34,598 bases of DNA, taken from contig NC_068986.1 in assembly GCF_001194135.2 (NCBI RefSeq), forward strand, positions 80,896,729 to 80,931,326, given 5' to 3'. Positions within the stretch are counted from its first letter, which is position 1, and each line of letters begins with the position of its first letter. Both the position numbers and the translations under genes were made by a program. Source of the DNA: Octopus bimaculoides. Taxonomy: Eukaryota. This document shows, piece after piece, positions 11,963-21,840 of the stretch. Below the pieces are notes generated by a model. That model did no database searches and was not told the DNA's origin. It saw nothing but the letters and a program-made list of their open reading frames with translations.

Positions 11963-12168
11963 AAAATTTTGACACAAGGCTAGTAATTTTCGTGGGAGGG
12001 CTAAGTTTATTATAACGATCCCATTGTACAACTGGTATTTGTTTTATCGACCTCGGAAAGATGAAGGGCAAAGTCGACCTCGGCGGAATTTGAACTCAGA
12101 AAGTAAAGACGGACGAAATGCTGCTAAGCATTTTGTCCTGCGTGCTAACGATTCTGCCAGCTTGCCGC
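11963..12168 (-). mobile_element. SINE family B (Nin/Deu-domain-like), near full length
   Basis: Reverse-complement homolog of 20536-20752 and 31697-31915. Confidence 0.8.
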
Positions 12169-12459
12169 TTTAGTTTGTAAATATTGAGAATTATAATCAT
12201 ATGTATTAAATCAAGTTATAAAATTAGGCCCACGGAGGAACCTTTTCTGCAGCCTAGGATGGGGACCGGACCACTTTGTTTAGAGCTTACTTACCTTCCC
12301 ATTACATGATGTCGAGTAAAAGTTGTGGAAGACGAAGTACTGCAAATATGATACAACGACACTATTTCGAAGAAATATGCCGAAAGTGAAGGGAAAGGGA
12401 ACGTATGTTTGCAGGAATAGAAGTGAGATCATTTTACGGCTGCTGCTCATTATGCTTTC

Positions 12460-12460
<1 letters not shown>

Positions 12461-12515
<55 letters not shown>

Positions 12516-12529
12516 GAGGAGGAGGAGGA
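12461..12529. repeat. (GAT)n-(GAG)n
   Basis: Direct inspection. Confidence 0.95.
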
Positions 12530-13619
12530 ATCCGAAAGATGTTCTTGGAGATGAGTTTGTATAAGTGAGCATCTATTACATCGTCTGAATGTGGTTTGTT
12601 TTAAATGCTAGATAGAATTTATAGATAGAAGAGCTTAAAAGTGGTTCAATTACACGAAAAAATCTACAAATCAAGCTACCTCCAACCACTGGACTACGAG
12701 CAGAATTCAGTTTGGTGCGAATCAACTTCTATTATATTCAACACATGTACTATTTGACACCGTGTACTATCAAATCCCTACCAAATTTTACAAATGAATC
12801 TTTAAAAAGTATAAAAAACAAAATATAGAAAATAAAAATCCACGGCATTGTCATGGCAGGAAATTTTTATCCGGATTAGGACTGACCTAGGGTTAAACAA
12901 TAACAATTATATAAGCTAACTAGATCTTTGTGTTTCTCGGGTTGTATTTGAGTTATTAAGTTGTAATTAGATCGAGTAAAAGCAGCTTTATTCTTCTGTG
13001 TTCTCTCTGGTGAAGTCATGGAATGTGAAAGATAAAGACTATGGGAAGTAAAGATAGTAGAATTAACTGACTGTATAAAGTTATATACCACGATTCACTG
13101 GTGTATATAGTAGAGTACAATACTTAACTGTTGTCCATAAATCGTGTCCATAATTATCTGGATTCAGTACATTAAATTGCCCTAGATATATATTTACACC
13201 ATCATTGTCTTATGTAACAATATGTGTTTAACTGTTGTACATGCAGAATGTAGCACTCTTGACTGTCGGAAAAATGTATGCATTATACTTCAATATAGTT
13301 TAATGCTGTTATATAACAGCCAATAATCGATATGTTGAAGATATCACACCGTTAACTACGCGAAATGCAAACGCCTCTTTTGTATCTCTCTCTCTCTTTC
13401 TCGCTCTCTGACTGTAGTTCACTCAAACGACGCCTTTGACCTTAAATGTTTAATGAGATACAATAGCTGGCGCGAACCCATGACATTCATTCTTCAGGTG
13501 TAATACAAAGCCATTAAAAGAAATGGAAACAATAGAAAAGAAGACAATGAATTGAAGCAAGAGAGAAGGGAAGTGTAGAATATTTTGAAATAATTCAAAT
13601 CAGTGTTGTAAAGAATGAA

Positions 13620-13669
13620 TTTATTCATTCTTAAAATACTTCAAAAGTTTTTTCTTCAATAAATTTATT
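13620..13669 (-). terminator. Candidate Evx polyadenylation signals
   Basis: Minus-strand AATAAA at 13669-13664 and 13625-13620, about 350-400 nt after the stop. An ATTAAA also lies at 13922-13917. These hexamers are common in AT-rich DNA. Confidence 0.4.
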
Positions 13670-14015
13670 GACGTCTGGAATGTTCGACAGTCATTGCATA
13701 GACTGACGTAAAGAAAGCTGCAGAACAGCAGTGAATAAAAGCAACGACTTCATTAGTTGATAACATTTTTTTTTACAGAGACCAAAATATATAAATAAAA
13801 AAGATTAAAAGAGGAAGATGGGAAAAGAAGCGTTCCGTTCAAGAGTTATGAAGACAAAAACTGGATAAGTTGCCCAAACACAGCATAGTTTATAGTTTCC
13901 ATCTTCGAAATTAATCTTTAATACCCGTTATGTTTCGTGGTTTTGTTTTAAAATCTTTTTAACATTTTTTCTTCTTATATTTCAAAGAGACTACTTTGTT
14001 AGGATTTTTTTCTCA

Positions 14016-14600
14016 TCAACTTTGATTCTGGATAGATGCGACTGTGTGCGAACCCCCTGTGTTGAGGACACTTGGAAGACCAAGGTTCGGATGTTGCAAC
14101 ATACCTTGATGAATTCTGTCCGAGTAAGGGTGTGGACATGTACACGGTTTACCTGGGGTCGAACCGGGACAAAGACCTAAATTTTGAGCATTGAGCAAGT
14201 GAGACGCATATGCGTGAGATTGTAAGCTTAAACCGCATGTAAGTCCCGGATGAAAGGTTGCAGTAGGATGGTGAGGCTGCGGGTGGGAGGTGATGGTAGC
14301 AGCTTGGGTTGTGGCTGCCTCCAGTGAAGCCAATGAACGTGATAAGGGTGTTGTGAGGGAATGCAGCAGTTCGGGACGGCGATGTTGCAGTGGACTGACG
14401 GGGGTCATTTGAGTTGCTGGAACACGAGGTAAGCCCAAAGTTGGGTAAGCCAGCTGTGCATGCGCAGCGGGTAAACCATAAGAATAAGATGACATTGTTG
14501 CAGCGAATAGGGCAAACATGTTTGGGTCTGGAACACCGAATGGCCAAGCTACAGCCATTCGTTGACGTTTGTCCTTCATTCGACGATTCTGGAACCAAAC
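14016..14600 (-). CDS. Evx: Even-skipped/Evx, coding exon 3 (homeodomain helix 3 and C-terminus)
   Basis: Acceptor ctactttctgtctttcAG-type pyrimidine tract at 14601, phase 0. It reads VWFQNRRMKDKRQR-MAVAWPFGVPDP (Evx recognition helix plus the conserved WP..DP motif) and later PCTC. It is 585 nt and ends in tandem TGA TGA (14018-14013). Confidence 0.97.
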   Translation of the reverse strand, partial: VWFQNRRMKDKRQRMAVAWPFGVPDPNMFALFAATMSSYSYGLPAAHAQLAYPTLGLPRVPATQMTPVSPLQHRRPELLHSLTTPLSRSLASLEAATTQAATITSHPQPHHPTATFHPGLTCGLSLQSHAYASHLLNAQNLGLCPGSTPGKPCTCPHPYSDRIHQGMLQHPNLGLPSVLNTGGSHTVASIQNQS

Positions 14601-15944
14601 CTGAAAGACAGAAAAGTAGTCATTTACAAACTACACACACATCAGGTGTCTCAGAACATTGATATATTTCTAATATAATTAAATAAAGTATATTAAAAAA
14701 TGTGTTATACAGTCAAAATTTTATATATGGGTGAAATCATCAATATATATAATATACTGCGTGTATTTGTATACATACTTTCTTGTGAGTAGCGCTTAAA
14801 CATTTGAAACTGTGAAACTTGTTCCACTTTACACGATTTACTTTCTGAATCATTTAACACGAGCTCTAAATTATTTGACACGAGCTGGAGTCGTACCGTT
14901 AATTTTTTGTATTCGAAATTTTATTTTACTGTCTTCTTTGTTTCATAATGCTCAACTAATGTTTATATGTTCATAAATTTTGATGATCAAATTAATTTTC
15001 TCTTTTTTTTCATTGATAAATCTAATGCATTATTTGTTATCAATATATATTTCATATGCTATATGTATTTCTATTTATACTTATTCAATTATTAGCTTTT
15101 ATTTTCAACTTACAGAGAGGTATGATGTATTCAACTTTAGTCTATTTACTAACTATATACTGTACGCATGTATTTCTGTATTTTCCCATTTAATCAGAGC
15201 AAAAACAGAAATAATTTGAAATTACAGATTGAAAATTCAAAAAGCCAAGGTGGCATGCCTACACAAGAACTATTGTTCATCAAGAACTTTTGCGGTGAAT
15301 GTGAATAATGATGTTTATTCTGTACATTTGTACCTCTTGCCCAGAATGTGTCAAATATGTTGTAAATACGCAGCATTTGCAGAAAATAAACCTGTTGTCT
15401 CTTGAAAACCCTTTGTAAATATATGTAGCTTGTTTGTAAGATCATGAATCCATGTATAAATTTGCATATGCATGTACAACGTTTGTGAAATTAGGTAGAG
15501 CATCTATTGTAGAAAAACAACATGTAGAATAACGAGTGCCTCATGGACTACAATGTTAAATGTACATGTTAAATGTAATCAAATTTGCATAATATTTAGG
15601 GAGTGGCAAATATAATTTTCTTATTTTCCTGTTATTTTGGAATTTTTATTACATCCTCATACTCTCATTAGTATCTTTAATAGTGTATATTTTTCTACAA
15701 TTTCTCCATCATTATTGATGTTGTCATTATTAACGGTTCAGGTACTCTGCTATATGTGTGTCATACTGTACGTAGATATGTGCGCTTGTGAGTGAGTACG
15801 TGTGTGCAGGTGTGCGTGTGCACGTGTGTGTGTATATGTATGTGTATGTGTGTGTGTGTATTAATGTGATTACATTTATATATATAGATCTAATTGTGAG
15901 GGAATATGAAGATAGATGTCTTGATGGATGAATAAAGACAAATA

Positions 15945-15984
15945 GAAAAAGAAAGAAAGAAAACAGAAAGAAAGAAAGAAGGAC

Positions 15985-16015
<31 letters not shown>

Positions 16016-16068
16016 ATGAATGAAAGAATGAATGGATGGATGGATGAATGAATGAATGAATGAATGAA
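15945..16068. repeat. (GAAA)n/(GGAT)n/(GAAT)n in Evx intron 2
   Basis: Direct inspection. Confidence 0.95.
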
Positions 16069-16224
16069 GGGAGAGATTTAAAGATAGAGTCGAAGAAATT
16101 GTTGTTCAGAGGAATTAATGTATGAGAGTACGGAAGCAAATGTCGCCGAGCATAAAATGAATATATCGGTTAACAAAAAATGTAAATAATAAAAATGAGA
16201 ATACACAGAAATAGAGTTATCTAC

Positions 16225-16385
16225 CTTGATAGTGCTCTCCGGCAACTGGAGGTCAGCAGCTAATTCACAACGTTTAGGTCTTGATAAATAGTTCTCGCGA
16301 CTAAATTCTTTTTCTAGTCGTGATATTTGTTCTTTTGTGAAAGCTGTTCGATAACGTCGAGATTGAGATTCATCTACTTTGATTT
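16225..16385 (-). CDS. Evx: Even-skipped/Evx, coding exon 2 (homeodomain residues 1-46)
   Basis: Acceptor ttctttatttatgttggcAG|AA at 16386 and donor AAG|GTAGAT at 16224; 161 nt. It encodes [46 protein letters not shown], the diagnostic Eve/Evx pattern (RRYRTAFT...RLEKEF..ENY.SRP.RCELAA). Confidence 0.97.
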
Positions 16386-18404
16386 CTGCCAACATAAATA
16401 AAGAAGCAAAACATCAACTTTAAAGTCTAATACATTCACAGTGATTACTTATGATGGGATTAGCTTTTGCAAGAAAGTGGTAGTAGTGAATGCGTGCCAG
16501 AGTCTCTGCAAATGCGATACACTTTGTGATTAAAATTTTAACATAATGTGCATGCACGCACCAGACGCATACACGTTTTCAATTATATATATATATATAT
16601 GCATGCACACATATGTTATTTCATAATAGTTTCACTCGGCACCATGTAACTTAAAGCTTTCGTAGGCTCGAACAACGAACCCAACTTGTCAGACATCTAA
16701 AGATAAAGTACTCTAAGTTGTATCTCTAAATGCAACTTTAAGATGTATGGAGGTGAGTTAACCTGCTATTTAATAATACGTGTAATTTCTGCGAAATGCA
16801 TTGAGTGAAACTTTCTTTCGTTTGTACACACGCACGCGCATGCGCGAGCACGTACCCATACAGACATGCATTTACGAAGTGTAACTGCATCGCTTTTTAA
16901 TAAATATGTGATTAAGAAAGTCGTTACAACTCAATCTTTTCTCTCATCCCCAGTAGAAAAAGTGGAATAGATCTGTCGTTTCGATAGAACTGTCTTTCTC
17001 TACCTGTTCTACTTTTACTATTTTGGATGTCATAGTGCTGCATCAGATGCAGGATTGAACGCTTGACTTATCTGGTGACCGCTAGAAATACCTGTAGTTT
17101 TACAAATTTCGATAGTATATCCATATTAAGTATGATATACGAAATTCTATTCTGAACCAATAAGTGAAATTTGCCTAAGTATGCAGTTGATAGTGCTAAA
17201 ATACAAATCATGATTTAGCAATTCCACCATAGCTTGTGAACGCTTTTCGCCTGCTAATGGTACACATTTGTGCTTTTTGCCCTATACGTCTATACGACTT
17301 GCTTTCTCAAGATGAATATTGCAGTTTTGAGGCTTTCGATTGTAGATCCATGCTAACCATATCCAAATATTTCCTATTACCAATGTTCTAATTCATTAGT
17401 GAAGTTTGTCAGTCGTTTCAACATTCCAAGTTTAAAAGCAGATAAATAGGTCAGTTGTACTTGGCTAGACTTTTATCTATTCTCAGTTATGGTCGTGTGT
17501 CAGAAATACTGACTTCTTTTTTCTCCAAATGGAGCTTTAGAAGATAAAGGGTTTCCTATGTATTGATGGGAAGGGAATTAATAGAAATGGTTTACCATTT
17601 TGAAGCTCTAAACAGTTGTCCAATTAATAGTACCGGGTGATATCGTAAAAGATAGATTTTAATCAACGAAGCATGCTGAGCTATGATCTTTTAATCGATA
17701 ATAAGTTAGTCTCCCTCACCTCTCAGTCGCCATTAGCTGGCAGACGACGCACAAGTATTAACGAGACAAGGACGTCTGCAGAGTGGAAATTGTCGACACG
17801 GTTACAATTCTCTAGAGACCTGCAGTCTGAGTGATGATCGACCGATTTGGCTGCATTATTATTGTTGTTGTTGTTATTGATGATGGTGATGATGCTACTC
17901 AAATTATTGGTAATGATGGTATTCCTTTCTCTGTACACTATTTTGTTTTACATTTTACACAGATTTCCAATAAAATCATGGCAGAAATAGTTGAATAGTG
18001 ATTTATATATATCGACAAAAGGCTCACATACGCAAAATATACAAAATATACAAAATATACAGAATATACAAATATTACCTTCCACGACCCTTTATTAGTT
18101 TATCTAGAGAACAAAAGTTTTCCAAGATTTAAAACAATGGAAATATGGGAATTGAGGTGTTTCTAGATTCATGAGGGTAGTATATGTTAAAAGGCGAAAC
18201 TGAACTGAGGAATAATATATATATAGGTGTGGGATGTTTAAGCAAATTTAATTGAAGTTGACTGAACAGAGAAGACAGTTTCTAAAACTAATTTGCTCTT
18301 AATCATTCAAGACGTAATATCATAATTTCTCCCTTTTTTTTATATCAAAGCGACATCATCATAATCTCAATGTTCAGACAAATGGAATTAGGAGATTTCT
18401 ACGA

Positions 18405-18544
18405 AGATGCGATAAGACGTTTGCTTCTCAATCACGTGGTTCTGAATTCATTCTCACAGCGTAGCGCCTTGAGCAAGAGTCTTCTGCTAGAGCCTTGCGA
18501 ATGGATTTGGTCGACGGAAACTGAAAGAAATCTGTCGTATATAC

Positions 18545-18576
<32 letters not shown>
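18405..18576 (+). mobile_element. SINE family C head plus internal (GT)n running into a gap (Evx intron 1)
   Basis: GCCTTG.GA.TGGATTTGGT.GACGGAAACTGAAAGAA..C.GTCGTAT matches 21953-21998 and is followed by the microsatellite. Confidence 0.7.
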
Positions 18577-19861
18577 NNNNNNNNNNNNNNNNNNNNNNNN
18601 NNNNNNNNNNNNNNNNNNNNNNNNNNNNNNNNNNNNNNNNNNNNNNNNNNNNNNNNNNNNNNNNNNNNNNNNNNNNNNNNNNNNNNNNNNNNNNNNNNNN
18701 NNNNNNNNNNNNNNNNNNNNNNNNNNNNNNNNNNNNNNNNNNNNNNNNNNNNNNNNNNNNNNNNNNNNNNNNNNNNNNNNNNNNNNNNNNNNNNNNNNNN
18801 NNNNNNNNNNNNNNNNNNNNNNNNNNNNNNNNNNNNNNNNNNNNNNNNNNNNNNNNNNNNNNNNNNNNNNNNNNNNNNNNNNNNNNNNNNNNNNNNNNNN
18901 NNNNNNNNNNNNNNNNNNNNNNNNNNNNNNNNNNNNNNNNNNNNNNNNNNNNNNNNNNNNNNNNNNNNNNNNNNNNNNNNNNNNNNNNNNNNNNNNNNNN
19001 NNNNNNNNNNNNNNNNNNNNNNNNNNNNNNNNNNNNNNNNNNNNNNNNNNNNNNNNNNNNNNNNNNNNNNNNNNNNNNNNNNNNNNNNNNNNNNNNNNNN
19101 NNNNNNNNNNNNNNNNNNNNNNNNNNNNNNNNNNNNNNNNNNNNNNNNNNNNNNNNNNNNNNNNNNNNNNNNNNNNNNNNNNNNNNNNNNNNNNNNNNNN
19201 NNNNNNNNNNNNNNNNNNNNNNNNNNNNNNNNNNNNNNNNNNNNNNNNNNNNNNNNNNNNNNNNNNNNNNNNNNNNNNNNNNNNNNNNNNNNNNNNNNNN
19301 NNNNNNNNNNNNNNNNNNNNNNNNNNNNNNNNNNNNNNNNNNNNNNNNNNNNNNNNNNNNNNNNNNNNNNNNNNNNNNNNNNNNNNNNNNNNNNNNNNNN
19401 NNNNNNNNNNNNNNNNNNNNNNNNNNNNNNNNNNNNNNNTGTGTAAAGAATCTTTAACGTCAGGGAGTCAAATAAAACATGAACGAAGCGCCAAAATCAC
19501 TAATATGTTATTTTGGATCAGATAGAACCAGATTAAGCAGACCTACGATAAAAGCATTCTAGCCGTGACCATTCTGCCTGTGTGCAAATATAATGCATGA
19601 AGGACCACATTATCTAATATGCTGTTATCTTATAACATAAGGGTATGAATTAAGATAGAACGATTGCTATATCTAACAGATAGAGCTATTACATATAAGC
19701 TTTCATTATTTGCTCGAGTAGGCCATTGTTTGAAATGGTCTTTGCATTAACAAATCGTGCAACGTTTCGGAGATCTAAAAGAAATGAACTGGAATGGCTC
19801 CTTCTGAAGAAAGATATAATAAAGAAATTTAGTTCAAACGATTATTTAGAGACGGCCTTAC

Positions 19862-20102
19862 CTTTATATTTAGAACTGAGTGAAGGGTAATGCTCACCAG
19901 GGGACATCACTCTGTTTGGGGAAGGGATGGAAGACAACGATGAAGAAGCTGGTGATAACGTCACTTCCGGTTGAGTTGTGAAGACGTCAGCACTGTGTTC
20001 GGATCCCACACTATCTTCGTTGTGCACAATTATTTCTTCAGGACTCTGCAGAGGACTGTCAATGTCAGTGTTCGGACGAACAGAAAGTGGGTTCAATATC
20101 AT
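19862..20102 (-). CDS. Evx: Even-skipped/Evx, coding exon 1 (Ser/Pro/acidic N-terminus MILNPLSVRP...SSKYK + 1 nt)
   Basis: ATG at 20102-20100 has an in-frame TAA upstream (20120-20118), and no other minus-strand ATG lies in 20103-20250. The exon is 241 nt and ends at the donor G|GTAAGG (19861). Its phase-1 end matches the phase-1 start of exon 2 (junction codon G+AA = Glu). There is no family motif here, so the assignment rests on splice and phase fit. Confidence 0.85.
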
Positions 20103-20300
20103 GTCTCGATTTGATAGTTATCAGGTTGATCACTGCTAAATAGTTCTGCTCCGTTGTATTTCGTATTCCAACACCTAAAATTTGAAATGAGAGAATGAAT
20201 TTCGTGAAATAATATCAAAGTATTCAAACACACGCGTGCACAAATAATACGTATATATGAAACGTCAAAGAGTTTTCCGTTTTTCCTGAGCATCAAACTA
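20103..20300 (-). promoter_or_regulatory. Putative Evx 5' UTR and proximal promoter
   Basis: Unique sequence directly upstream of the ATG. It contains a TCF/LEF consensus ATCAAAG (20214-20220), a weak TATATA (20252-20257) and a CGTCA half-CRE (20263-20267). The TSS cannot be determined from sequence. Confidence 0.35.
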
Positions 20301-20365
20301 ATACACCTTGTTTGTTGTTCTCTCACTTGTCTCTATCTTTTGTACATTTGAACTACCCAATATAA

Positions 20366-20366
<1 letters not shown>

Positions 20367-20396
<30 letters not shown>

Positions 20397-20506
20397 TGTA
20401 TGTATGTATGTATGTATGCATGAATGAATGAATGTGTGTGTGTGTATGTGTGTGTATGTGTATGTATGTATGTATGTATGTATGTATGTATGTATGTATG
20501 TGTGTG
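20367..20506. repeat. (TATG)n/(TG)n immediately upstream of the Evx promoter
   Basis: Direct inspection. Confidence 0.95.
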
Positions 20507-20535
20507 TTAGAAAGGATAGTAACTAGCAGTCAGAA

Positions 20536-20752
20536 GGCAGTCAGCTGGTAGAATCATTAGCACGCCGTGCAAAATGCTTTGCAGCATTTCGTCCATCTTT
20601 ACGTTCTAAGTTCAAATTTCGCCGAGGTTGACTTTGCCTTTCATCCTTTTGGGAGTCGATAAAATAAGTACCAACTGTGGACAGGGTCCGCTGTAACCGA
20701 CTTACCCCTGCCCCGAAATTGGTGGCCTAGTACCAAAATTCGAAACCAGTAT
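20536..20752 (+). mobile_element. SINE family B (Nin/Deu-domain-like) upstream of Evx
   Basis: tRNA-like head (GCTGGTAGAATC...AGTTCAAATT) plus the central GCCGAGGTTGACTTTGCCTTTCATCCTTTTGGGAGTCGATAAAATAAGTACC (20621-20672). Three other copies occur in the window. Confidence 0.8.
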
Positions 20753-21274
20753 AACTTGCAGCCACTACCAAAGAATGCATTATACATGACTACATATACT
20801 TCACTATAAATTCTCTCCATGACGCTAATGTAGTTCTTTATTGTAAATCGATGGGTTTAGTACATCAATGCAAATGACCTTCTTCCTCTTCAAATTCTTG
20901 ATATTACACTCTTCTGTCTTAATGTCACCGTGAAGTCTTGAATGTGGCATGTCTTCATGTGGTTCTTGGCTGTTGTACTTGTTTGTAAATGTTCTCTCAT
21001 ACCAATATGCAGTTTTTGAACGGCACCGTCGATATAGAAATCGCTTTATTTATTGCTGCGTATTTGGTTGATAAGTTATAACAATACAAACCTGTGATTG
21101 TCAGAGTCTCTTTCCATATATCTGAGCAAAAGGTCCCTTCTCGGCGCATTGTATTAGTTTTTAAACAATTTTAACTTTATATCCATGTGTATGTAGCGCT
21201 CGCGTCTATGCATGCACACACATAGGCATATATAAGCATACAGACAAAAGATATTAAGTATTTAATATACACAC

Positions 21275-21460
21275 GCAGCATGGCTGTGAGGTTAACAAAA
21301 TCGCTCTGCAAACACGTGATTTTGGCTTTTGTCTCACTACTCGGCACCTTGAACAAGTGTTTTCTTCTATAACCTAGGACCGATCAATGTCTTGTGAGCG
21401 AATTTGGTAGACGAAATCTATGAGGAATCTCACCGTGTATGTTTGCGTGTGTGTGTGTGT

Positions 21461-21491
<31 letters not shown>

Positions 21492-21840
21492 CGTGCGCGC
21501 GCGTATATGTGTGAGTGCGTGTGTGCATGCGTGTATGCGTGTGTGTGTGTGTGTGCGTGTGTGTATGTGTGTGTATGCGTGTGTTTGTGTATACATAAAT
21601 ACATCCACACGCACACACACACACACACACACGTTTGTGTTTAGCTTCAACACCACTTGACAACTAGTGTTGGTTTGTTTACATCCCTGTGACGTAGTGG
21701 TACGGCAAAAGACACTGATTGAATATGTATCAGACTTAAAAATAAATACTAGCGCCGATTTGTTCGACTAAAGCCGGCAAAGCAGTGCTGCAACATGGCC
21801 GCAGTTGAATGACTACACAAAAAAAAAAGTAAAAGAGAGT
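21275..21840 (+). mobile_element. SINE family C, older copy with expanded internal (GT)n/(CA)n
   Basis: Head (21275-21435) and tail (21633-21840) align with the adjacent copy, with about 200 bp of microsatellite between them. Confidence 0.7.

Noticed and set aside
13191-13198. Pumilio element TGTAAATA on the Evx strand
   Set aside because: Lies beyond the likely poly(A) signals, and a single 8-mer is uninformative in this base composition.
13763-13799. Plus-strand T-tract-CAG followed by AATAAA near the Evx 3' end
   Set aside because: Expected by chance in A/T-rich 3' UTR sequence; no other support.
14149-14662. Alternative-frame ORF 14149-14598 (-) and antisense ORF 14414-14662 (+)
   Set aside because: Shadows of the GC-richer Evx exon 3, with no recognisable motifs.
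16078-16224. Read-through of exon 2 (VDNSISVY...) and the MLAE start at 16395
   Set aside because: Intronic. The canonical donor at 16224 and acceptor at 16386 give the complete homeodomain.
17723-17938. 71-aa intronic ORF with poly-Asn
   Set aside because: Driven by an (AAC/AAT)n repeat; no phase-compatible splice into Evx was found.
20099-20326. Upstream ORF whose TGA overlaps the Evx ATG (ATGA)
   Set aside because: The listed start is GTG. The first real ATG (20293) probably lies upstream of the TSS, the peptide is featureless, and the overlap is easily chance.
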